Source of the DNA: Fibrobacterota bacterium | Lineage (GTDB): Bacteria > Fibrobacterota > Fibrobacteria > UBA11236 | Length of the DNA: 64,000 nucleotides | Assembly: GCA_947482115.1 (NCBI GenBank) | Contig: CANKII010000002.1 | Coordinates: forward strand, 424,137-488,136 | Direction of reading: 5' to 3' | Shown here: positions 56,418-64,000 of the stretch, in pieces | Layout: the number at the start of each line of letters is the position of its first letter | How positions within the stretch are numbered: position 1 is the stretch's first letter | Translations under genes and position numbers: made by a program | Notes under the pieces: model-generated | Told to the model about the DNA's origin: nothing | The model's input: only the letters and a program-made list of their open reading frames with translations | The model's database searches: none

Positions 56418-59400
56418 TTACCGCGTGAACATCATGGACAGGTGTTTGTCTTCCACCTGAATATCCAACACGTAGGTTCCTTGCGGCAGAATCACCTTGG
56501 AGATGTCCACGAAATTTCTCCCGGAGTTTCGGATGCCTTCGGATACGTTGGCCATCAGGCGTCCCCTGAAGTCCGTCACGGAAATTTTTATGCGCGCCTT
56601 GTGAAGCAAATCGAATCCGATTTCACCGTCACGACCGATTTCCAGATCGCGCAAGCCCCGCTTCGCTGTAGTATTCCGGATCAAGGTCGGTGCCCTTAAA
56701 ATTCCACCGGTGCCGGAACCGGTTTCAAATCCCGCAGAATACGCGGTGTCCACGGTGGGAAAGCAAATGGAATAAAGATCCCTCTTGGAGCCGCTGGTTT
56801 GGGGAAGCCAGGTCAATCCGCCGTTCACGGTTTTGAGGATGACGCCATACCCGCCGGCCGCATAGCCCGTTTTGACATCGGTGAATCTCACGCTGTACAG
56901 GGTGGAATGGATCCCGCTGTTCAATGCCGTCCACGTATTTCCCGAATCCGAAGTTTTAAGAATGGTTCCACCGGTTCCCACGGCATAACCGATGTCGGCG
57001 GACGGAAAATGAATGGAGAACAGGGATTTCACTTTGGCCCCTGTCTTGAGAGTCCAGACGGTTCCTCCATTCTTCGTTTGGAGAATGGTTCCGCCTTCCC
57101 CCACGGCGAAACCCGTGCTGTCATTGTTAAAGAAAACAGATGTCAGATACTTTGAGGTGCCGCTGGTTTGAAGGCTCCAGCTCAAGCCGCCATCCTGACT
57201 TTTGATGATGGCGCCGCCGTATCCCACGGAATAGCCCACGTCGTGATTTGGAAAATGGATCGAATACAGCCAATGCGCGCTGTTGTCATTTCCCCATGCC
57301 GGAGTCCATGTAACTCCGCCGTTAATCGTTCTGTACACGCTTCCCTGTACACCTCCGCCTTTGCCCACGGCAAAACCGGTGTTGGCATCGGTAAAGTGGA
57401 CACCATACAAGGTGTTTCTGCGGTCGGCGGTCTGGGGATTCCACGTGACGCCCGCGTCTGTTGTTTTGGAGATGGTGCCGCCGCTTCCCACTGCATAACC
57501 CGTATTCGCATTCGTGAAATACACGGATTGCATCGCGACTGGTGTGGTGGAGATTTCATTCCATGAAAGGGTGGGTACAATCACCGAGATGATTAGAACA
57601 TTCGTGGTGGAACCCTGGCTGTTGCTGGCAGTGATGGTGTAATAGTTGCCTCCTTCACTGGACAGGGTCGGAACTCCGGAGATGATGCCCGTCAGGCTGT
57701 TGATGGAGAGCCCGGGTGGCAGGGAAGGGGAGACAGAATAATGGGTGACTGTGCCGGTGACAGTGGGCGAGTCATTCATGATGGTTTTGCCGACTGTAAA
57801 CGTTGCGGGATTCTGGCTGTAGGAAAGTCCGCCCGGCGGAAGACTGTTCACGGTGATGTTCACGATCGCCGTCGTCGAACCTCCGCCATTGGTGGCGGTG
57901 ACGGTGTAATTCGCAGCAGCAGTAAAGGTGGTGGTAACGCCGGAAATGACACCGGTGGAAGTGTTGAGGGAAAGTCCTGCGGGAAGCGTCGGGCTCACGG
58001 AGTAACTGGTGACGGTGCCCGTGACCGTCGGAACATTCGGCGTGATGGTGGTACCCAAGGTGTAAGTGACGGGAGTTGTATAGAGCAGGTTGGAAGGTGC
58101 GGCATTGTTCACCGTGATATTCACAATGGCTGTGGTGGAGCCTCCGCCATTGGTGGCGGTGACGGTGTAATTCGCAGCTCCAGCCAAAGCCGAGGGAACT
58201 CCGGAAATGACACCGGTGGAAGTGTTGAGAGAAAGTCCTGTGGGTAAGGTTGGACCCACAGAATAGCTGGCAACAGTTCCAGTGACCGTCGGCGTATTAG
58301 CGGTGATCGCCGAACCCAAGGTGTAAGTGACAGGCGTGGTATAAAGCAGACCGGAAGGCGCGGCATTATTCACGGTGATATTCACCGTGGCGGTGGTGAA
58401 GCCTCCAATGTTGGTGGCGGTCACAACGTAATTCGTTGCAGTGGCTAAAGCGGAAGGAACCCCGGAAATGACACCGGTGGAAATGTTGAGGGAAAGTCCT
58501 GCTGGCAATGCCGGACTGACGGAATAACTGGCAACGGTTCCCGTGACCGTGGGCGTGTTGGCGGTGATGGCCGTACCCAAAGTGTAGGTGACTGGCGTGG
58601 CATAGGTGAGGTTGGAAGGCGCGGCATTGTTCACCGTAATATTCACGGTGGCGATTGTCGAGCCGCTGCCATTGGTGGCCGTGATGATGTAATTCGCTGC
58701 GGCAGCCAAAGCCGTGGGAGCGCCGGATATCACACCCGTGGTGGCGCTGAGTGAGAGGCCCGCAGGCAAAGCCGGACTTACGGAATAACTGGTAACGGTT
58801 CCCGTGACCGTAGGCGTATTGGGATTGATGTCGGTACCCAAGGTGTACGTGACGGGAGTGGTATAAGCAAGGTTTGTGGGCGGTGCATTGTTCACGGTGA
58901 TGTTCACGATGGCCGTTGTGGATCCTCCACCATTGGAGGCGGTGACGGTGTAATTCGCAGCCGCCACCAAAGCCGTGGGAGTTCCGGAAATCACACCGGT
59001 GGAAGTATTGAGGGTAAGACCCGCGGGCAAAGGCGGACTCACGGAATAACTGGCGACGGTTCCCGTAACGGTTGGCGTATTGGGATTGATGGCCGCGTTG
59101 AGAGTGTAGGTGACGGGAGTGACATACATGAGATTGGTGGGCGGTGCATTGTTCACGGTGATGTTCACCGTCGCTGTGATCGAACCGCCAAAGTTGGCCG
59201 CCGTGACGATGTAATTGGAAGCGGCGACGGCCACCGTCGGCGTGCCGGAAATAATGCCGCTGCTGGCATGGATCCCGAGACCTTTGGGCAACGCCGGGCT
59301 CACGGAGTAAGTGACATTGATTGTGCCTCCCCCCAAAGTCGGGACGTTGGGGTTGATGGGGGCGTTAATGGTGTAGATGACGGGCGTGTTGTAATAGAGG

Positions 59401-60818
59401 CTCGTGGGCGGTTGCATCACCGTAATGGTGAATGGGAGTGAAAGCGAGGTCATGCCCACGCTGTTGTGCGCGGTAATGGTTTCTGCATAGCTACCGGTCG
59501 TGGTGGGTCGTCCGGTGATAATCCCTGTCACGGTATCCATGGTGAGGCCCGGAGGCAATGGGGCGGACAGAGAGAAGCGGGTGACCACGCCGTTGTATTT
59601 GGGGACATTCGGGGGAATGAGGGAATCCTTGTAGTAAGCTCCGTTATGCGAATAAGTGAGGACGGATGGCGGGTTCAGTAAAGCAGGTCTGAATTTGACC
59701 AGGGAATCTGCTCGGGGTTGCTGGTTCTTGTAGCTCAACCGGATCCAGTCGGGGGATCGCGCCACCTTGGACAATTCCCCCTCGTCAAACTTCCCGCAAA
59801 AATATGCGTCCGTCGAAAAGGCGGGTCTTCCCAAATACCCGTTGCTGCGCAACGTGTCCTTGATGTTGTAAATAAAACTGCCACCCCCGATTTTATTGCC
59901 GTCCTTGTAAAGCGTGGCGGTGAGGTTGGCGAAGGTGACGCTGTATTGGTGCCACTCGTTCGGTATCAGTGCTCCACTAGCGGAGGCTCCCTGCAAGATG
60001 GTTCCCGTGGGTCCGCCGGCCTGCAACCAGTTGATATCCGTGCTGGTCAGCGACTGGTTGAATTTGATGTTGTCCTGCGGAAGATTGGATCCCGGCGCAT
60101 TGAACACCTCGAAGAAAGATTCGTTGGGCTGTCCGGCGATGTTGGTGGGATACATCCACACCGAATAGGTGAAGCCGGTGGTGAAGGTTTTGTAGCCGCT
60201 GCCGATGTCGAAATACTGGTTGGTTCCATTGAGGGTGTCGGCCCAGCCGATGACGCCAGTCCGGCCCGCATTGGCAATGGTCAAATTCGCAGGTGTCGCG
60301 ACATTGCCTCCAGCCACCGCGTTGGGTCTCGCCGTGCTTGCCGATATTCCGCTGGGCTCCACTCCCAGATGCCAGACGGAATGGAATCCATTGGCGGAGT
60401 CGAACACGGCGCGCGGGTTCGAGCTGTCTCCGGCGGCGCTCTTTCCCCAGTACATGCGAATGCTGCGTGCGGTCAGTCCGGTGTCATTTCCATACACCGT
60501 ATCCGGCAAAACCCAAATCTCCGCCACCTGCTGGCCTTTGCTCCAACGCTCGATCTGGTAGGGAAGATGTATGGCTGCACTCGAGGCTCTGGAGAAACGG
60601 ATGTCCCTGCCATTGCTGTCGGCCGTCTGCGAGAAATCGAAATTGGTGGACTTGAGACGGATGAGGATCGGAATCTTTGCGACGTTGGCGGTGACTCCGG
60701 CTGTTCTGCTGTCAAAACTGATGTTCTTGTAATACGACCATTGGCTGTAAGTGTCCGCAGCAGACGCTGCGGTGATCGCAGATATCAGAACGGCTAAAAA
60801 GACAGATTTTCTGTCCAT
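56418..60818 (-). CDS. Giant secreted surface protein: DUF2341 + LamG-like lectin + about 9 Ig-like (putative Ig/cadherin-like) repeats + Ycf48/BNR-like propeller + T9SS tail
   Basis: 1466 aa. The N-terminus W.YYKNISF...........IPILIRL....FDFS....NGRDIRF......L.YQIE.W......IWV matches DUF2341. It continues with a LamG-like segment (..WHQYSVTF....LYKDG), about 78-aa repeats (P..L.Y..PVTYTLG..I..N.PTVTG.V.SYSVSP.LPAGLSLN..TG.ISG.P), propeller blades (GGTI.KT.DGG.TW) and a C-terminal ..LPQGTYVLDIQVEDKHLSMMFTR. Confidence 0.85.
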   Translation of the reverse strand: MDRKSVFLAVLISAITAASAADTYSQWSYYKNISFDSRTAGVTANVAKIPILIRLKSTNFDFSQTADSNGRDIRFSRASSAAIHLPYQIERWSKGQQVAEIWVLPDTVYGNDTGLTARSIRMYWGKSAAGDSSNPRAVFDSANGFHSVWHLGVEPSGISASTARPNAVAGGNVATPANLTIANAGRTGVIGWADTLNGTNQYFDIGSGYKTFTTGFTYSVWMYPTNIAGQPNESFFEVFNAPGSNLPQDNIKFNQSLTSTDINWLQAGGPTGTILQGASASGALIPNEWHQYSVTFANLTATLYKDGNKIGGGSFIYNIKDTLRSNGYLGRPAFSTDAYFCGKFDEGELSKVARSPDWIRLSYKNQQPRADSLVKFRPALLNPPSVLTYSHNGAYYKDSLIPPNVPKYNGVVTRFSLSAPLPPGLTMDTVTGIITGRPTTTGSYAETITAHNSVGMTSLSLPFTITVMQPPTSLYYNTPVIYTINAPINPNVPTLGGGTINVTYSVSPALPKGLGIHASSGIISGTPTVAVAASNYIVTAANFGGSITATVNITVNNAPPTNLMYVTPVTYTLNAAINPNTPTVTGTVASYSVSPPLPAGLTLNTSTGVISGTPTALVAAANYTVTASNGGGSTTAIVNITVNNAPPTNLAYTTPVTYTLGTDINPNTPTVTGTVTSYSVSPALPAGLSLSATTGVISGAPTALAAAANYIITATNGSGSTIATVNITVNNAAPSNLTYATPVTYTLGTAITANTPTVTGTVASYSVSPALPAGLSLNISTGVISGVPSALATATNYVVTATNIGGFTTATVNITVNNAAPSGLLYTTPVTYTLGSAITANTPTVTGTVASYSVGPTLPTGLSLNTSTGVISGVPSALAGAANYTVTATNGGGSTTAIVNITVNNAAPSNLLYTTPVTYTLGTTITPNVPTVTGTVTSYSVSPTLPAGLSLNTSTGVISGVTTTFTAAANYTVTATNGGGSTTAIVNITVNSLPPGGLSYSQNPATFTVGKTIMNDSPTVTGTVTHYSVSPSLPPGLSINSLTGIISGVPTLSSEGGNYYTITASNSQGSTTNVLIISVIVPTLSWNEISTTPVAMQSVYFTNANTGYAVGSGGTISKTTDAGVTWNPQTADRRNTLYGVHFTDANTGFAVGKGGGVQGSVYRTINGGVTWTPAWGNDNSAHWLYSIHFPNHDVGYSVGYGGAIIKSQDGGLSWSLQTSGTSKYLTSVFFNNDSTGFAVGEGGTILQTKNGGTVWTLKTGAKVKSLFSIHFPSADIGYAVGTGGTILKTSDSGNTWTALNSGIHSTLYSVRFTDVKTGYAAGGYGVILKTVNGGLTWLPQTSGSKRDLYSICFPTVDTAYSAGFETGSGTGGILRAPTLIRNTTAKRGLRDLEIGRDGEIGFDLLHKARIKISVTDFRGRLMANVSEGIRNSGRNFVDISKVILPQGTYVLDIQVEDKHLSMMFTR
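57582..59672 (-). repeat. Tandem coding repeats (about 234 bp, about 9 units) inside the giant gene
   Basis: The central units are near-identical at the protein level (NAAPSNL.YTTPVTYTLGT.IT.N.PTVTGTV.SYSVSP.LPAGLSLNTSTGVISG.P.ALA.AANYTVTATNGGGSTTAIVNITV). Confidence 0.85.
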
Positions 60819-61001
60819 TCCGTTTTCCCTCGCACCTATAAAGTTACAGCAGACTGCTCTTTTTAACGCATGAATCTGGCTGTAAAGTTAGCTACCAAAC
60901 GGGGGGATTTTGGGCGGTTGGAGTGACGTGGGTCACTTCAAGCGCAACTTTATTCCGTCCTTTGGATGTAGGTTAACGAGGATTCCAAACCGGAGGTTCC
61001 C

Positions 61002-61397
61002 ATGAAACAGGCTTCGCTCTTTGCAATGTGTGCGGTGTTCTTGTCGGGCTTTGTCGCGGATGTTCACGCGGCGCGGGGTATCGTGACCACAAAACCCGGG
61101 GGAGGAGGTGCGGCCAGCGGCAAGATTTTGAACCCGGCGGACTCCGGCGGCGATGCATCGACGCAGTCTTCTCCGGATGCGGCGGCGAAACCGGCGGAAG
61201 GGAAGAAAGGTCTCAATGCGGTGAACGTGAAGCTGGCGAGGGAGAAAGCGCCGAGTGATTCGGCTTTGGGTTCGGATCCGGTCGAAACGCAGGAGGGTAA
61301 TGTCACTATCAAAGGGGTAAGGGTGAACATCAACCGGACGGCTCCAGGCGATTCGGATTCGGGAGTGAAAAGGGTTTTGCCGACGGTGAATAAGTAG
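61002..61397 (+). CDS. Small secreted Gly/Ala/Ser-rich protein, hypothetical
   Basis: Signal peptide MKQASLFAMCAVFLSGFVADVHA followed by a low-complexity body. Confidence 0.5.
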   Translation: MKQASLFAMCAVFLSGFVADVHAARGIVTTKPGGGGAASGKILNPADSGGDASTQSSPDAAAKPAEGKKGLNAVNVKLAREKAPSDSALGSDPVETQEGNVTIKGVRVNINRTAPGDSDSGVKRVLPTVNK

Positions 61398-61621
61398 GGA
61401 ACGGGAGACGGATTATGAGAAAGATCTGTTTTTAAGGCTTTCTATCCCTGCGTTCCATTGTTTTCCCCATCCTCTCCCTGTCAGCTTCTTTAATGTCTTT
61501 GTTGGCGCTATTTTACAGGAGGTACACTTCGGCCACAGGTCATCCAAAAATTCTGACACAGGTTCGACGCCGCTGACGAGCAAGTGTATCCACAGTATTT
61601 TTAGGTTCCAAGAAAACTATC

Positions 61622-62185
61622 ATGCGCGACTATTTTTATGAAAAATTTCCTTCGCAATTTTCCAGTATTGCCACTCAACGTCCGAACGGCACTGTCCGTG
61701 GACACATCCTGGCAGACCCGTCCGTAATCTTCTTTGGTGGGGCTGATTGGAAGAATGTTGCAAAGGATCTTAACGCGATACCCATGTCGGATCGATCTCG
61801 ATTCGTCTTCGCTTTGTTTATGGTGGTCTTGACGGATCAAGCGTTATATGCGCACTTCCGCGACTCATATGATGCATGGCGAAGGAGAACAAACTTTCCC
61901 AAGTTTGGCTGGTCGGGCTTTGGTCCCCACAACGAAAATCCTTTCAAAATCCTCTGGGCCCCAGAGCGAGAGGGGTTAATCGACAGCAAGGAATTTCTTG
62001 GGGCGATCCCCGAATTCGTGAGGTTTTTTATGGATGAAACGACTTCTTGTTTTCGCCAATACCTTCCGGAAGTGGACCTGCTGGCATTCTTTAATGCGAT
62101 CAAAATCGATAGTGGATACACCTTTCATGAGGGTGAGATCGTCTCTCGAGTTAAGGAGGAATTTGAACTCCTAACAAACGGCTGA
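61622..62185 (+). CDS. Hypothetical 187-aa protein in the lower-GC segment
   Basis: Clean ORF convergent with 62196-63284 (10-nt gap). No signal peptide and no recognised motif. Confidence 0.55.
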   Translation: MRDYFYEKFPSQFSSIATQRPNGTVRGHILADPSVIFFGGADWKNVAKDLNAIPMSDRSRFVFALFMVVLTDQALYAHFRDSYDAWRRRTNFPKFGWSGFGPHNENPFKILWAPEREGLIDSKEFLGAIPEFVRFFMDETTSCFRQYLPEVDLLAFFNAIKIDSGYTFHEGEIVSRVKEEFELLTNG

Positions 62186-62195
62186 ATGGAGGGCT

Positions 62196-63284
62196 TCACT
62201 CTTTCGCTAGACAGCAATTGCTGGGATCGACTGGCGCAAGGCAGATACATCTCCCAGTAGGAAGCAAAGGAAATATTGCGGCGCGATCGATATCGGAGCG
62301 AAAATCAAGACTATATCTGATGATCGTCTGACAAATCTTCCTAAGGGCAAGTTCTTCCGCTTTTAATTTTCCTGAAGTATAAGCCCCGAATATGAACGCA
62401 TATCTTTGCATTAAGCTGAGTGTTTTTTCTGTGGCCATCCGCAATTCGCGATAATCTTCTGACCAGTCTGAGGAATGAACAGGATGCCAAGCTATTTCGG
62501 AAATGTGTAAGTGCGGATGAGCTGTAGAAGGTGCCACTTGTTGTTCAACTTCCATGAAAGCCCCGCGATTGGGATGGACAAACTCTGAAAGAAAGGTGTA
62601 TAAACTTCCAAAATCGACATGACTTAGTGGTTCGAAATTTCGTACAGCATCTTCGATAGATGCTAGTAGTTCACCAATTGAATCCTTTCGATCTCGAAAA
62701 TCAGCTATGTCTGAAAAGCGAATGTCGGCTCTATCATAAGGCTTGAACTCTCCAGTTTCGATTAAATGGATCCAGTCCACGCCCGTTCTTTCTGCTCGTT
62801 CCCAAAGGGATTTTAATAAATATGGTGTTTTGTCAAACACTTCAGTTGGGTATCTGCCGGCACGGCATTCCTTTTCCAAGGATTTGAAAAGTTGCCCTCC
62901 CTGAGTAGAAACAACATTTGCCACCTTAGTGCATATCCCGCAAACCTCCAAGAGTAGTCGAGTATTGTAAGCGCGCCATCTAATTCGATCTCGTTCGCGA
63001 AATGAATTTAGAGCATCAACAATTGTTGTTGCAACTCTGTATCGCTGTCTACGAATTAATTCAGCGCTACCCGCAATGGCAAGCAAATCTCGTGTGAAAT
63101 CCAAGAGGCGATCTCCGGTATGCTCAGATACCAAATGGCCTATTTTCAGAGCACGAGGTTCCGAATCAAGCCAGCCACAAGAATCTTTCATCAGCGTATG
63201 AAAGCTTGAGGGTTCGAACCGCAGGAGTGTAGCGACTTGATCAAAGGAGTATAGCGTATTTGAATTAGCATTTGTGCGTTGCAT
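62196..63284 (-). CDS. Hypothetical 362-aa protein downstream of the brxL-like gene
   Basis: Strong SD (GGAGGTGG) 5 nt upstream of ATG 63284. Helical protein with no recognised family. Contains RNFEPLSH (an Rx6H string) and FVHPNRG. Confidence 0.65.
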   Translation of the reverse strand: MQRTNANSNTLYSFDQVATLLRFEPSSFHTLMKDSCGWLDSEPRALKIGHLVSEHTGDRLLDFTRDLLAIAGSAELIRRQRYRVATTIVDALNSFRERDRIRWRAYNTRLLLEVCGICTKVANVVSTQGGQLFKSLEKECRAGRYPTEVFDKTPYLLKSLWERAERTGVDWIHLIETGEFKPYDRADIRFSDIADFRDRKDSIGELLASIEDAVRNFEPLSHVDFGSLYTFLSEFVHPNRGAFMEVEQQVAPSTAHPHLHISEIAWHPVHSSDWSEDYRELRMATEKTLSLMQRYAFIFGAYTSGKLKAEELALRKICQTIIRYSLDFRSDIDRAAIFPLLPTGRCICLAPVDPSNCCLAKE

Positions 63285-63429
63285 TACACCACCTCCAGTT
63301 CCTAGAGCTCTACCGCCACCAGATGCCCACCCTGAATCAACTCCTGAAACTTATCATCCAACATTCGCGCAATCCTCGGATCTTTTACCAATAATCCCGC
63401 TTCAATGTTCCGGCGTTGAGCCGCTTCGG

Positions 63430-64000
63430 TCAAATTTGCAGAGCTTTTAGCAACGCATCACGGGCGTCCAAGTAGTAGTGGATGGTAACCTTAGCTGCGA
63501 GATCGTCGGGCAGGTCGTTCAATTGCCTTCGACTGCTGATTGGCATGAGGATGCTAGCCGCACCTTTTTCAATGGCAGTTTCAACAACTGCCACCGGATT
63601 GAAGATAGTTTCAATGGAACCCCCAAGGTTCAAACCTCCCGTGACTGCAAGACCGCCTTTAATGCTTTTCTGAAGTAGTGAAGAACAAAGGGCGAGTAAT
63701 ACGCCAACGCCAACAGAAGCACCGCTCTTAGCACTGTCAAAGGCACGCAGTTGAACTGAAAATTCGTGTTGACGAGGTTCGCGATCCCCAACAAGCTCCT
63801 TTGCACGCGAATAGAGATTCTGTTCAGCGCAACGGACACTTTCCTTGAAGGGTGGTGAAGGCGGTTGGTTTAAAATCTTAACCCCGGCACCAGGCCCACC
63901 TGTAATATCCACCCGGTACAAACCCGTGTTTTCTTCACCGCCACCGGGCGCAATGACCCAGACCTGCCCGGGCGGAAGAGGATCGCTTCCAATGCTGTTT
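63430..64000 (-). CDS. brxL: BrxL-like Lon-protease-domain protein, C-terminal part (5' end off-window)
   Basis: The minus-strand ORF is open to the window edge. The sequence ..EFSVQLRAFDSAKSGASVGVGVLLALCSSLLQKSIKGGLAVTGGLNLGGSIETIFNPVAVVETAIEKGAASILMPISSRRQLNDLP..L..K..IHYY.DA.DALLKAL follows the Lon_C-like C-terminal pattern I associate with BREX BrxL (TIGR02688-type). Confidence 0.6.
   Translation of the reverse strand, partial: NSIGSDPLPPGQVWVIAPGGGEENTGLYRVDITGGPGAGVKILNQPPSPPFKESVRCAEQNLYSRAKELVGDREPRQHEFSVQLRAFDSAKSGASVGVGVLLALCSSLLQKSIKGGLAVTGGLNLGGSIETIFNPVAVVETAIEKGAASILMPISSRRQLNDLPDDLAAKVTIHYYLDARDALLKALQI

Noticed and set aside
57582-59672. Regularly spaced ~234-bp repeats considered as a possible CRISPR or satellite array
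   Set aside because: The units are far longer than CRISPR repeats and have no unique spacers. They are in-frame Ig-like domain repeats of one long ORF.
59718-60797. 359-aa ORF on the + strand
   Set aside because: Antisense to the DUF2341/LamG part of the giant gene. It is a Gly/Arg-rich shadow ORF.

Overview
This is a 64-kb chromosomal window with about 60 protein genes, 2 tRNAs, no rRNA, no CRISPR array and no recognisable transposase or integrase. All family assignments come from motif recognition by eye; no searches were run.

The gene content suggests an FCB-superphylum-type bacterium (Fibrobacterota/Bacteroidota-like). That is an inference from the Bat operon, the T9SS-type C-terminal sorting tails and futalosine menaquinone genes.

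Layout:
- 1-10032 (-): an 11-gene MoxR/DUF58/BatA/BatB/TPR/BatD/BatE aerotolerance-type operon with three BatD-like paralogues. Two copies of a G/C-run palindromic repeat interrupt it.
- 10-11.3 kb: recR and engB.
- 11.9-14.9 kb: an ArsR-SRPBCC/DoxX/DHFR-like cluster.
- 15-18.2 kb: an MFS-Crp-DUF2892-OsmC-rhodanese operon.
- 18.2-19.4 kb: a bacterial RIO-type kinase and an lmo0937-type micro-protein.
- 19.6-20.7 kb: a visibly AT-rich two-gene orphan cassette (an unknown 243-aa protein plus a 121-aa MGMT/ATL-like winged-helix protein).
- 21.4-24.7 kb: beta-propeller proteins and an OMP.
- 24.8-42.3 kb: housekeeping genes pgeF, uvrB, asmA-like, tRNA-Ser, glgX, an APC permease, nrdR, tRNA-CAU and ugd.
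- 42.4-44.2 kb: an AT-rich orphan ORF, dgkA and a ParS/Xre-RES toxin-antitoxin pair.
- 44.2-50.8 kb: mqnD-mqnB-pfkB, a GT9-like gene, manC, a PHP gene and an M23 peptidase.
- 51-60.8 kb: a cluster of secreted T9SS-tail proteins, including a 1466-aa DUF2341/LamG/9x Ig-like repeat/propeller giant.
- 61.4-64 kb: a lower-GC segment ending in the C-terminus of a BrxL-like Lon protease. This implies a BREX-type defence locus continuing off-window. It is followed by uncharacterised ORFs.

The best candidates for undescribed biology are the orphan genes downstream of brxL and the 19.6-20.7 kb cassette.
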